From a virus (Duplodnaviria > Caudoviricetes): a stretch of DNA of 64,000 nt. The DNA lies in the IMG/VR virus record IMGVR_UViG_3300021561_000002, positions 1 to 64,000 of that record; one strand, written 5' to 3'. Shown piece after piece: positions 53,896-63,608 of the stretch. Position 1 is the first letter of the stretch. Every line of letters begins with the position of its first letter. The notes under the pieces are model-generated. The model was not told where the DNA came from and did not search any database. It saw only the letters and a program-made list of their open reading frames with translations. Made by a program: the position numbers and the translations under genes.

Positions 53896-54716
53896 TGGAC
53901 CACCCGGAAGACGGAAATATCTACGAACGACTTCAACTCGGCGTTGTGACCGACGTGAAGCCGCTCATGGGCGACGATGAACAGCCCACCGAGTTTTTCA
54001 GCGGGTACGTGTCCGTTCGACTCCTTACGTCTTGTGAGGAGTTCCATTGGGTCAAGTGGTCCTATCCGCACATCGGCCAGTCGAACAAGAGCGGAATCAT
54101 TGCGTGTCCCTCCGTGGACGATGTGGTCGTCCTTCAGTTCGACCCTCGTGGATACCCCGTCGTATTGGGAACCATGCTTTACAGCCAAGCGGTGAAGCCC
54201 ATCTATGACCAGACGGACTTCACGACCACGCAGACGCCCGAAGGCGAGAAGACAAAAGAGTCCGACGACCTCCGGCTGAAACTGAAGCAAGGCGAGGTCA
54301 TGGTTCGTGGAAGTAACGGGACCAGCGTACACTTCAGGAACGACGGAACGACCATCCTCAAGCTGGACGACACGAAGGAAGATGCCGACACCACGGTTAT
54401 CGGCGTTGATGTGAACAAGAACATCTTCATTCTCGGTGCTCAGAACGTGACGGTGAAAGGTACGGAGACGGCCAGGGTTGAGTGTAAAAACGCTGAAATC
54501 GAGGCGACGGAGAAGGTCTCGGTCAAGGCGGATGAGGCTACCGTGGAAGCCTCGCAAGCGAAGGTCATCTCTGATAACATAGAGTTAGGCGGAAGCGGCG
54601 TCAAAGCCGCCATCATCCGTGAGTTGGATAAGGCTCAGCACATCGACCCCGTTATCGGGGTTCCTGTCGTCTCAGTACGGTACTTGACGAAATCTAAATC
54701 GACGAAGGCTACGTGA
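53895..54716 (+). CDS. Baseplate spike protein (gpV/gp5-like OB fold plus beta-helix)
   Basis: LGVVTDV...CPSVDDVVVLQF...PVVLG, followed by repeated short beta strands (V.A.E..VEA). Confidence 0.75.
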   Translation: MDHPEDGNIYERLQLGVVTDVKPLMGDDEQPTEFFSGYVSVRLLTSCEEFHWVKWSYPHIGQSNKSGIIACPSVDDVVVLQFDPRGYPVVLGTMLYSQAVKPIYDQTDFTTTQTPEGEKTKESDDLRLKLKQGEVMVRGSNGTSVHFRNDGTTILKLDDTKEDADTTVIGVDVNKNIFILGAQNVTVKGTETARVECKNAEIEATEKVSVKADEATVEASQAKVISDNIELGGSGVKAAIIRELDKAQHIDPVIGVPVVSVRYLTKSKSTKAT

Positions 54717-54964
54717 TGCCAGGCGAACTCACGAAGGACATGGTTGTCGGGGAGATTCGTAGGCAGATGCTCCTCATGCAGTTCGATGTCCCGGTCATCA
54801 ACGAGTCCGGGGATGTCGTGGGGACCACCAAATCTCCCCCGACGGGCGCTGGCATTGAACAGTTCGCAACCTCTATTGGTACGGCTATTTTCAACATCTT
54901 GAAAACTCAGGTCATCGTTGACGTGACTACGACCGGCGGGCCTGGAACGGGGAAGATTCGATGA
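54713..54964 (+). CDS. Small spike-associated protein
   Basis: 83 aa between the spike and gp25-like genes; ends GGPGTGKIR. Confidence 0.5.
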   Translation: MMPGELTKDMVVGEIRRQMLLMQFDVPVINESGDVVGTTKSPPTGAGIEQFATSIGTAIFNILKTQVIVDVTTTGGPGTGKIR

Positions 54965-55407
54965 GGGACTGGCGGCTGAGAAATGCCAACGGGCAAGATA
55001 TGTTCGGCCGTCCGCTCGACATCGAGTACGACCAGAACGGCGAAATCACGTTTGTCCAGAATATGCTCATGCTCGACCAGAACCTCAAAAAGATTTCCAT
55101 GACGCAGTTCGGCTCCTCTCAGTTGAACCCTCAGTATGGGACTGCTGTGGCTTCCCTGACCGGCTCGAAGCTGGACCCCGTGATGACCGGCTCGCTCATC
55201 GTTTCTGAAATCGAGCGTGTCGTGACGTACATGAAGACCATGATGCAAAAGCAAATGAAGGCGACCCCGCAAGAGCGTATTGCCTCCATTGACGACGTTC
55301 TCGTGGACAGCGTGAGTTCGGACCCGAGGAAGCTCCTTGTGACGACGCTCGTAAGGACAGAGGACGAGAACAGCATCCAGATGCAGACCACGGTTCAACC
55401 GTTCTAG
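54961..55407 (+). CDS. Baseplate wedge/sheath initiator (T4 gp25-like)
   Basis: L.QNLKKI.MTQFGS...PQYGT...ERIASIDDV. Confidence 0.75.
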   Translation: MRDWRLRNANGQDMFGRPLDIEYDQNGEITFVQNMLMLDQNLKKISMTQFGSSQLNPQYGTAVASLTGSKLDPVMTGSLIVSEIERVVTYMKTMMQKQMKATPQERIASIDDVLVDSVSSDPRKLLVTTLVRTEDENSIQMQTTVQPF

Positions 55408-55417
55408 GAGAGAAGAC

Positions 55418-56881
55418 ATGGCGAACACTTTGAGGACAACGGAACAGGTTAAAAAGGCCCTGTCCGACTTCTTCGGCTCCAACGCCCCTGACGTTTTGGT
55501 CCAGCCGGGTAGCGGACCGCAGGATGTCATCGACACCGTTTCTCAGGAGGCCGGTCGCCTCTACGTCATTCTGACTTTCATCTCTCTCACGAAGTCCGTG
55601 GCTGGTCTCAGGGACCTCATTGCGGACACCAACGAGTCCTCCGCATTCCGTGAGCAGTTGCGCCAGGCCCTTGAGCTTACCGAGTCCGACCTGGAAATCC
55701 TCATCAACGAAACCGTTGATAATTTTGCCGCCAACTACGGTCGCACGAGGGTTCCGGCAACGTCCTCTACGACCGTCCTGCGATTCATGAAGGGCTCCTC
55801 GGCGCTTGGGACCATTCCAATCGGCACGACCGCTCGGACCCCTGGGCTGAACGCAATCGAGTACGCAACCTCAATCGACATCCTCTCTCAGCCCGTCGTT
55901 CATGACCCCGTGACTGGCCTCTACTACATTGATGTCCCGGCGACCGCTACGTCCTCCGGGACGTTGAGCCGGGTTCCCATCAACCGTGTGACTCAGTTAA
56001 GCCCTCCGATTACTGGATTTTCTACGGTTACGAACATCGTGTCCTCTTCGGGCGGGACGAATACGGAGTCCAATTCGGCTCTCTTGGACCGGTGCATGAC
56101 CGCCCTGAAGGGCCGGGAACTCGACACCGTTTATGGCCTGGATGGATTCGTGCGGGGGCAGGCAGGCGTGGAGGATGCGCTCGTCATCGACAACTCCGAC
56201 CCCCTGATGCTCCGTGGAAACGGAAACGAGGTTGATATTTATGTCGTGGCCGACAACGAGCAGTCGGCGTCCGACTCCGTGACATTCAACTCGTCCATCA
56301 TGGGCGATTCCGTCATCCTCAACCACCAGCCGGTAACGATGATTTTTCAGGTCCTCGTGAACGGCACTCTTCAGACCGCTGGCGTTGATTACAATTTCAC
56401 GAAGGACTCGGGCGGGTTCGCAGGGAGTTCCATTGCGGTCGATAAGGTCCAGTTCCTTTCTGGTCACGCCCCCTCCGATGGGGACACCGTGGCCGTCTCT
56501 TACTCCTACAATACGATGATAGGCGACATCCAGGGGCAGTTCACGTTGCCGGAGAACGACATCCCGAACTCCGACATCCTCATTAAGACCGCAGAGCGCA
56601 TCTTGGTGGACATGACCATCACGGTCGTTAAGCTCGCCAGCTTCTCGACCATCCAGGTTCAGACGAACGTGACGACGGCCCTCGAAAACTTCTTCGATGC
56701 CCTCATGCTCGGCGATAGCGTGTATGTGTCGGACGTAGTGGCGGTCATCGAGGCAACGGCTGGCGTTAACCGGGTGAACGTTCCTTTTACCAAGATGGCA
56801 CCCGTCGGCCAGGTCGGTGCGTCGGACATCACCATCCAAAAGAATCAGTTCGCACGCCTGAACAGCGTCCTGTTCCTGTGA
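55418..56881 (+). CDS. Baseplate J-like wedge protein
   Basis: RTRVPATSST...IPIGT...ATATSSG...VTN...GGTNTESN.AL..R motifs. Confidence 0.85.
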   Translation: MANTLRTTEQVKKALSDFFGSNAPDVLVQPGSGPQDVIDTVSQEAGRLYVILTFISLTKSVAGLRDLIADTNESSAFREQLRQALELTESDLEILINETVDNFAANYGRTRVPATSSTTVLRFMKGSSALGTIPIGTTARTPGLNAIEYATSIDILSQPVVHDPVTGLYYIDVPATATSSGTLSRVPINRVTQLSPPITGFSTVTNIVSSSGGTNTESNSALLDRCMTALKGRELDTVYGLDGFVRGQAGVEDALVIDNSDPLMLRGNGNEVDIYVVADNEQSASDSVTFNSSIMGDSVILNHQPVTMIFQVLVNGTLQTAGVDYNFTKDSGGFAGSSIAVDKVQFLSGHAPSDGDTVAVSYSYNTMIGDIQGQFTLPENDIPNSDILIKTAERILVDMTITVVKLASFSTIQVQTNVTTALENFFDALMLGDSVYVSDVVAVIEATAGVNRVNVPFTKMAPVGQVGASDITIQKNQFARLNSVLFL

Positions 56882-56888
56882 GGATAAA

Positions 56889-58511
56889 ATGCCGATAACG
56901 ATAAACCCACTCTCGTACCCATACCGGACCAACCGGTACTACCGACATCTTCTTGAGCGGTTGACCGACAAGAACGTGTACGACGTGAGTTACGCCGCCG
57001 TCGGAAGGCGGCAGTCCTACTTCCTTTCGCCGACCATCAACTCCGCTATTCCAGCCGTTGTCCCAGGGGCCAGCCTTGCGCCTGGCACGTATTACTTCAC
57101 GGTGGTCGGGGTAACGGCCTACGGGGAGACCTTGCCAGCAAGCGAGATGTCGGTCGTCGTGACCGCTCCGAACAACGCCGTGATTCTCTCTTGGTCGGGG
57201 GTCGCCTATGCGACTGCCTATCGAATTTTTCGCTCCTTCGTTTCGGGCGGGTATAACGACACGTTCTTAGCGGAAGTCACCGGGGTCACTTTCACCGACT
57301 CTGGATATGTGGCTCAGTTGGGATTTCCAATGGCCTCCTTGGTCAAGGTCACGGGGGCCGTGACTCCGGCGGGGACTTACGAAGTCAGCCTGATGACAAG
57401 GAACCGTGAAGAAGACATCTACACGGAGATGATGAAGACAACGACAAAACCCGACGGTACTTTCGAGTTCACCGCCTCGTTACCGAGGGGAGAGAACGAG
57501 ATGTACGCCGTGGCGTCGGGCGAGAACAGCGAGCGGGTGTATGTGAACGTCTATAACCTGCACCTGTATTTCGAGGCCATCGCAAGCGAGTTAATCAACT
57601 TCTGGCAGGAGATGTCGGACCGGGAACGGGCCGACTCTTTCATCGAGCCGACAAAGAACCTCTTCGACTCGAATCTGAGATACCCGTCAGACGAAGCCCT
57701 CCGTAAGATTTGGGGCGACCTTCTCGACGCCTATCGCCCCTCGACTTACTCGACCGAAGACTACCGGCTAATGCTGAAGGGCATCCTTGCGGCTCATGGC
57801 GAAGCCACGACGTTTGAGGCAATCAAACGGGTCTTTGAGATGTTCCAGAGCGCCCCGGACTACCGGCGCATCGTGTTCTTTGACAAGGGTTCCATGCCGT
57901 TCCGAATCGGAGAGAGGTTTGGGTTCAAAGCCGTGCGGACGCTCGGCGTCGGGAATCCTACCCTGGACTACGAGTGGACCGGCGGGAATATGTTTTTTGG
58001 CGGGGGGCGGGGAGACATTCCAAACGGGTCTGGTTCTTTTTCGGCGACGGGGGGCGGGAGCTTCATCCACACTTTTTACATCGACGGAGAGAGGGATTCC
58101 GACGGATACTTCATGGTTAAAATCATCCAGTCGGCCTGGAATACACTTGGCTTTGTCCCGACACTCCCGCTCGGAGTGAAAGTGCTTGCGATGTTCTGTG
58201 TGACGAATGACGACATCGTGGGTATCTATGGGCAAGGTTTTGTTGGCTCATATACCACGCTTCTTTCCTACGAGGGTCCGTACCATGTTGGCCCTTCGTA
58301 TATAACTAGCAACGCCCGGATTATGAGCGAGGGATACCGAGGGTCTCGATTTATGGTTTACTTCAATACCATCTTCGGTACGGGGTATCTGACCGACCCC
58401 GAATATCTTCAGAAAAGGAAGATGATTTCTGACATCTTGAAGGCCGTCAAGCCTGCGAAGACCACGATTGGATTCGGCGAAGCGTCGAACTATACTCTTA
58501 CAGAGATTTAG
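56889..58511 (+). CDS. Baseplate wedge protein (gpI-like position) with an FN3-like insert
   Basis: Follows the J-like gene; YRLMLKGIL.AH..ATT..AI and I.DIL.AVKPAKT motifs. Confidence 0.6.
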   Translation: MPITINPLSYPYRTNRYYRHLLERLTDKNVYDVSYAAVGRRQSYFLSPTINSAIPAVVPGASLAPGTYYFTVVGVTAYGETLPASEMSVVVTAPNNAVILSWSGVAYATAYRIFRSFVSGGYNDTFLAEVTGVTFTDSGYVAQLGFPMASLVKVTGAVTPAGTYEVSLMTRNREEDIYTEMMKTTTKPDGTFEFTASLPRGENEMYAVASGENSERVYVNVYNLHLYFEAIASELINFWQEMSDRERADSFIEPTKNLFDSNLRYPSDEALRKIWGDLLDAYRPSTYSTEDYRLMLKGILAAHGEATTFEAIKRVFEMFQSAPDYRRIVFFDKGSMPFRIGERFGFKAVRTLGVGNPTLDYEWTGGNMFFGGGRGDIPNGSGSFSATGGGSFIHTFYIDGERDSDGYFMVKIIQSAWNTLGFVPTLPLGVKVLAMFCVTNDDIVGIYGQGFVGSYTTLLSYEGPYHVGPSYITSNARIMSEGYRGSRFMVYFNTIFGTGYLTDPEYLQKRKMISDILKAVKPAKTTIGFGEASNYTLTEI

Positions 58512-58522
58512 GGGAGGACGAG

Positions 58523-61060
58523 ATGAAGGGCTACAAGGCGAACGACGGCTTCAATGCGATGAAGGAGGACTTTGACTTCTTGCAGGGCTCCCTGCAAGAA
58601 GGCATCAAGTACCGCTCCAAGGATATGTTCGGGGTCGGTGGCTTCATCAGCGGTGGCATCGTCACTCCCAACGGCGTGAACCCCGACAACATTGACATCT
58701 CGGCTGGCATCGGATACGACGCCAACGGCGAGCGATTCTTCTTCTCCGCTCAGTCGGATATTGTCATGCCGTACTTGCCGGGCAACAACTATGTTCTGGT
58801 GAGTTATCAGAACTACGACGATACCCCGAAAGCCGACCCGACGTTCGGCACGCTTCAGAACACACGGACGCAAGAGCGGGCCATCATCGCCGTCAAGCCC
58901 ACATACGCTCCTGGCGACTTGGATACCTACGGCAACCCCTATGTTCCCATCGCTCTCGTGACGAAGCCGAGTTCCCTCAACATCGACCAGAACATCCGTG
59001 TGGACATCTTGAGCCTGAAGTTCGACTCGGTTGATACCTCTCAAATCGTCAACTCCGCCGTCACGTTCGCAAAATTGTCAAGCTATCTCCGTCCGCTGAT
59101 TTGGGTCACGGACGAACCGAACATCCACTACGACAAAGAGACCGAGACGTTTCGGACGCAGAGCGCCGGAACGTTCATGTTGCCGGGCGGAAGCACCCTG
59201 AACACCGTGGACGGGTTCCCTATCGCTCGTGTCCCCGCTGTTCCGAACGTGATGCTTCTCACGCCGTCCGTTATCCCGGACCATTGGGACGTGTCGGTTG
59301 TCTCCGTTGCGGGTTTTAACCCAACCACTCTTTTGAAGACCCAAATCCTGCTCGGATACCTCAACGAGCATGACCAGTTCATCAACCTGCAAGCCTCGAC
59401 GCCGGACGAAATCATCCACATGTCCGAGGATGAGGCCGAGACCACTCGTGTCTCGATGCACGAGAACATGTGGCGTCGTCGCAACGAGGCGTTCCAATCT
59501 TTCACGTCCATCACCCGTGATGGGACCCCCCTCGTGGATTCTCATCTGGTGTACCAGTCCGGCACGGACTACGTGGTCTCTCCTGGCGTGTCTCATGTGG
59601 CCGGTCGAAGGATTAGTACGACGGCCCCCGAGACCATCGGGGCCTCGAACACCGAGAACTACCCCGTTCCGTTTGCCGGAGACTATGGGCTGTGGGTCCA
59701 GCGTGAGTCTTCTGTCGGCAAGAGGTTCAGGCTCGACCAAGGCACGGTTGCGAACGCCTATCTGCTTGCGACCGTGACCTATGACATCGCCAGTCAGGCC
59801 ATCGCCACGCCGGTCGATAGGCGGAAGTTCACTCCCGTTGCCGAAATCGAGTTTCTCGAAACGGCCACGAGGAACGTCCTGTTGGGATGTAGCTTGTCCT
59901 GGAAGAGCAACACCGAGGTCATCGTTGGTCCTGGCGAGGTTGGGTTTCCCGACGGCCAGGTCCGCAAGAATACGACCTCGAAGGTCATCAACTTCACGGA
60001 CACCGCCCTCGACATCCTTTCTGCCGACGTGAGTGGCGGGCGCATGGCCGAAGGCTCCATGACTCCTTATCGCTGGTTCTGCGTCTTCGCAACAGCGAGC
60101 CATGCTGGAAACGAGTTCAATCTGGTTGCCTCACGCATCCCCTACTTCGAGGGCGTTTCGGGCGCATCGGGGACCTATACCGGCGCTGGCTTCACGGGCT
60201 TCGTGAACGGGCAAAGGGTTCGTCTTTATAAAACGAACGCCTCGGGGCAGAACATCGTCACGACTAGCGAAAATGATTTTTCGGGCGTCACGACGGCGGG
60301 CGTCGAGGGCGAGACCATCGTGGCGTGGAACGCTGGCGGCATCAGCACGACCGGAATCTCTCCGGTTGGAAGCCTGTCCAGCGGAACAGTCGTGGCCCTG
60401 AACAAATTTTCCCCGAACCTTGCTGGCGTGACGAACTACCGACTCATCGGGTTCGTTGGGACCGATGCTTCCGGTTACATCAAAAAGTTCACGCAGGTTT
60501 CTCCCGGAAAGATGCTCATCACATCCGCCGACACTAGCGCCGCTGGTGTAACCAGCATGTATCCCCTGCGGCTTGATTGGGGAGTGGCGAGTGAATACGT
60601 TCCGTTTTTAGGGAAGACGGTGTACGGCGGAGGGCAAGGACCAAACAGTTATGGGCCGTGTGCGAAGGACATCGTGAAATATGCCCCTTCGTGTGCCGAC
60701 TCGCTTTCCCTTCGGTTGGTGCATTACTGGAAAGACGACAGTTCGACAAACCCAACTAATGACCCGCACGGAAACTATGCTTTTGCCGGGCGGAGGATAG
60801 CCGAAATAACAGGGGCTCCTCAACATATTGTTGGAGGGTTCCAGCTTCAGCCGTGGGGCGGGCTTGATGAAATCTCAGGACGAGGCTCCGGCGGGGTCGC
60901 CATCTTTGACTGTCCGGCGTTCCAGGGCACGGTTGCCATCGAAACGACATCTTACGGATATACGAACATGTCCAGCCTGCACCTCACGATTACCGGATTT
61001 GAGTTCGACCTAAAGAAAGAGTGGAGCTTACAAACCGCTGGTGGAGGATTCTTGCCATGA
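58523..61060 (+). CDS. Baseplate/tail fibre-attachment structural protein (845 aa)
   Basis: Beta-rich; GIGYDANGER...YVPIALV N-terminal motif; downstream of the wedge genes. Confidence 0.6.
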   Translation: MKGYKANDGFNAMKEDFDFLQGSLQEGIKYRSKDMFGVGGFISGGIVTPNGVNPDNIDISAGIGYDANGERFFFSAQSDIVMPYLPGNNYVLVSYQNYDDTPKADPTFGTLQNTRTQERAIIAVKPTYAPGDLDTYGNPYVPIALVTKPSSLNIDQNIRVDILSLKFDSVDTSQIVNSAVTFAKLSSYLRPLIWVTDEPNIHYDKETETFRTQSAGTFMLPGGSTLNTVDGFPIARVPAVPNVMLLTPSVIPDHWDVSVVSVAGFNPTTLLKTQILLGYLNEHDQFINLQASTPDEIIHMSEDEAETTRVSMHENMWRRRNEAFQSFTSITRDGTPLVDSHLVYQSGTDYVVSPGVSHVAGRRISTTAPETIGASNTENYPVPFAGDYGLWVQRESSVGKRFRLDQGTVANAYLLATVTYDIASQAIATPVDRRKFTPVAEIEFLETATRNVLLGCSLSWKSNTEVIVGPGEVGFPDGQVRKNTTSKVINFTDTALDILSADVSGGRMAEGSMTPYRWFCVFATASHAGNEFNLVASRIPYFEGVSGASGTYTGAGFTGFVNGQRVRLYKTNASGQNIVTTSENDFSGVTTAGVEGETIVAWNAGGISTTGISPVGSLSSGTVVALNKFSPNLAGVTNYRLIGFVGTDASGYIKKFTQVSPGKMLITSADTSAAGVTSMYPLRLDWGVASEYVPFLGKTVYGGGQGPNSYGPCAKDIVKYAPSCADSLSLRLVHYWKDDSSTNPTNDPHGNYAFAGRRIAEITGAPQHIVGGFQLQPWGGLDEISGRGSGGVAIFDCPAFQGTVAIETTSYGYTNMSSLHLTITGFEFDLKKEWSLQTAGGGFLP

Positions 61061-62322
61061 GGATAGTTTACAGTCTCGCTAATGGTGCCGTGATTGCGGC
61101 GGCTCAATGGGATTCTTACGAGCCGTCCACCGTGGAGACGTATCCGGCCTTCAACCCAAGTTATCACGGGTCTTTCACGAAGGCTCAAAACCTTCTGCCC
61201 GGAGACTTCTCCGGCGATGGCATCAAGCGATACAACGTGGACGACACCGTGACGCCAACCGATGTCGTGGAAAAGAATCACTTTACGGTCGAGTTGTCCG
61301 GTTCTCAGTTACAGCCCGCCGACGGCTCTACGAGGCTTTCCCTGACCGTTACTCATCGTGACCCGGATGGACTGCCCCTGGCGGTCTCATCTAGCACGAC
61401 GGTCAATCTCGTTGCAAACAACGGTTTCCTTGAGAACAACCAAGTCACCATCTTGTCCGGTCAGTCATCGGCTCCCTTGTACCTTTATACGGCGAGGACG
61501 AACGGCTCCGCCGTCGTGTCGGCCTATGACTCTAGCACATCGGCAACGGCTCCTGACCCTGCCATTCTTCCTGGACATTCCCCTGAGATTTACTTCGTGG
61601 CGACCGCCAGCGTACCCACCCCGATGTCTCCGCAGGCGAATCAGGGAGCCATTCCGAAGCCGGAGTACGCACAGCACTCCCTCGTGAACTTCTACAACGG
61701 CAAGGCCATCGGTGTCGGCGTGGAAATCGAGAGCGATGTTTCCGGTAGTTCCATCGTTGAGAGCCCTTCTAACGGAAGCCACGTCCTTACGAAGTACGAG
61801 AACTCCGGCGTCCTGAATGACGTTGCGGGGTTCAACGCTTATCGAAATCACATCACCGCAGGGATGCGCCCGAGGGTGACGTTCGTTTTCAGTACCAATG
61901 GAGTGCAGACGGCGGACACGCTCATGATGTTTGGCTTCTCCAAGACAGACATCTCGGCTACCGGCGGGCTCGCCTCGGACATTTTCGTGGGGCTGAAATT
62001 CCTGGCCTCTGAAGATACCGAGTTTAGTGTCGTGGTCGGAACCGGGTCGTTTCTTAACCAGGCCGCTACGACGGCGAAGCCCACGGACGACATCCTGTGG
62101 CGTGTTGTGTTTGAGTTCAAAACAAGCGGGTACGCCGGTCCGGGGCTTTACGTCAGTTTGCTCGGCCTTACGACGGGGCACTCGGATGTCCTGTTTCTCG
62201 GAACTGGTTCCAACGTTCCTTCGCCGACGGAACTGATGGGCGTGTTTGCGTTTGCGAAGTGCCTCAATGCCGGGACGGTCGGAAACGTCATCTTGAAGAA
62301 CGTGTACGTCCAGCACGACTAA
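61057..62322 (+). CDS. Structural protein with an Ig-like domain (start reassigned to ATG 61057)
   Basis: ADGSTRLSLTVTHRDPDG.P...V.L..NNG Ig-like pattern; ATGA overlap with the upstream gene. Confidence 0.6.
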   Translation: MRIVYSLANGAVIAAAQWDSYEPSTVETYPAFNPSYHGSFTKAQNLLPGDFSGDGIKRYNVDDTVTPTDVVEKNHFTVELSGSQLQPADGSTRLSLTVTHRDPDGLPLAVSSSTTVNLVANNGFLENNQVTILSGQSSAPLYLYTARTNGSAVVSAYDSSTSATAPDPAILPGHSPEIYFVATASVPTPMSPQANQGAIPKPEYAQHSLVNFYNGKAIGVGVEIESDVSGSSIVESPSNGSHVLTKYENSGVLNDVAGFNAYRNHITAGMRPRVTFVFSTNGVQTADTLMMFGFSKTDISATGGLASDIFVGLKFLASEDTEFSVVVGTGSFLNQAATTAKPTDDILWRVVFEFKTSGYAGPGLYVSLLGLTTGHSDVLFLGTGSNVPSPTELMGVFAFAKCLNAGTVGNVILKNVYVQHD

Positions 62323-62331
62323 GGAGACGCC

Positions 62332-62967
62332 ATGCAACTGACACGTGAGGACTGGATTGAGAAGGTCGCTCCTTTTCATTTCCCGTCGAACTACGCTCGG
62401 CCAATCCAGGGACTTTCCGCTGTGTGGAAGAACACGGTGGACCCTCTCGGCTCGTTGTTGGAGATGCTCAAGTGGGCCAGACTTGCTCCGACCTACGATT
62501 GCAACCCGGCTGTCTTCGTGGCGCAGGTTGTCTTGGAGTCGAACTTCGGTCTCAAGACGGACGCCCTGCTCGGCATCAAGGCGACCAGGGCCGACGTTGC
62601 CGCCGGGAAATACAAGCGCCTTGCTACCCGAGAGGTCTTTACCGCCGAAGAGGTGGAGAGAGTCCGAGCGGCAGGGGACCTCATCTCTATCGAGAGCGAG
62701 GTCAAAGGCTCGACACCCAGGTTGTACCGAATCCGGTGCTATCAACTATTCCACTTCGAGCCGGGACTGACTGACGATTTCGAGCGATACTTCAGGTACT
62801 ATGTGAGCCGGAAGCCCAAACGGGCTCGGTACATGAGGGATACGGAATCCTTCATCCGGTATGCTTGTGAAGAGCCATACGCCTACGCCACGGACGACAA
62901 ATACGTCTCGATGATTTTGAGCGTGGTGAAGCGGTACGCCTTAGAAGACCTGAACGCATCCATCTAG
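62332..62967 (+). CDS. Endolysin, GH73 (glucosaminidase/FlgJ-like) muramidase
   Basis: AQVVLESNFG...LLGIKA...T.E...YAYATDDKY; AAGGAG RBS; no evident cell-wall-binding domain. Confidence 0.8.
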   Translation: MQLTREDWIEKVAPFHFPSNYARPIQGLSAVWKNTVDPLGSLLEMLKWARLAPTYDCNPAVFVAQVVLESNFGLKTDALLGIKATRADVAAGKYKRLATREVFTAEEVERVRAAGDLISIESEVKGSTPRLYRIRCYQLFHFEPGLTDDFERYFRYYVSRKPKRARYMRDTESFIRYACEEPYAYATDDKYVSMILSVVKRYALEDLNASI

Positions 62968-62977
62968 GAGGAATGAC

Positions 62978-63301
62978 ATGGCGATGACGAAAGAACAGGT
63001 CGCAGAGAACATCAAGCAGGTTTCCGTTCTCTACTCTGAAATCTCCGACCTTCAAGACATCGGCTTCTCGGCCAAGGAAACCCCCGAAGGGAAATACCTT
63101 GTTATGAGCGGCAACAAGATGCTCAAGGGTATCGAGTGTGGCGTGAAGCTCCCCGCAACCCTGACCACGGATGAAGTGACCCTCTTGGTCACGACCATGA
63201 ACGAGAACGTCGATACCGCCGTGAAGTCGCTCGTGAAGAATCGCAAGCACGCCATCAAGACGATTCTTGCGGCCCTCACGACAGAGATGAGTAACGTCTA
63301 A
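62978..63301 (+). CDS. Hypothetical protein in the lysis region
   Basis: AGGAGG RBS; 107 aa. Confidence 0.6.
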   Translation: MAMTKEQVAENIKQVSVLYSEISDLQDIGFSAKETPEGKYLVMSGNKMLKGIECGVKLPATLTTDEVTLLVTTMNENVDTAVKSLVKNRKHAIKTILAALTTEMSNV

Positions 63302-63319
63302 AATTCAAGGAGGAATAGC

Positions 63320-63604
63320 ATGGCGACGAAAAAGTGGTGGCAGAAGGTGTTGGATGCCGTGAAGGCGGTGGTGCTGTGGGCGTGGTCCGGCATCCTGTGG
63401 TTGTACCGGGCGCTGGTGAACAAGGTGAAGTTGCTCAACGGCCTCATCGACGACCTCCTGGTGGATGCGAGCGGCTGGCGGAACAAGCTCGTCATCGCCG
63501 TGTGGGTCATCGTGTGGTTCAACCCAACGAATTGGGTTTACATGGTCTGCGCCACGTTCCTGACCGGCATCTATATGTGGCGGTACGACAGCGGGAAAGG
63601 CTGA
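63320..63604 (+). CDS. Holin-like membrane protein
   Basis: 94 aa with 2-3 hydrophobic, Trp-rich segments; near the endolysin gene; AAGGAGG RBS. Confidence 0.55.
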   Translation: MATKKWWQKVLDAVKAVVLWAWSGILWLYRALVNKVKLLNGLIDDLLVDASGWRNKLVIAVWVIVWFNPTNWVYMVCATFLTGIYMWRYDSGKG

Positions 63605-63608
63605 TTCC

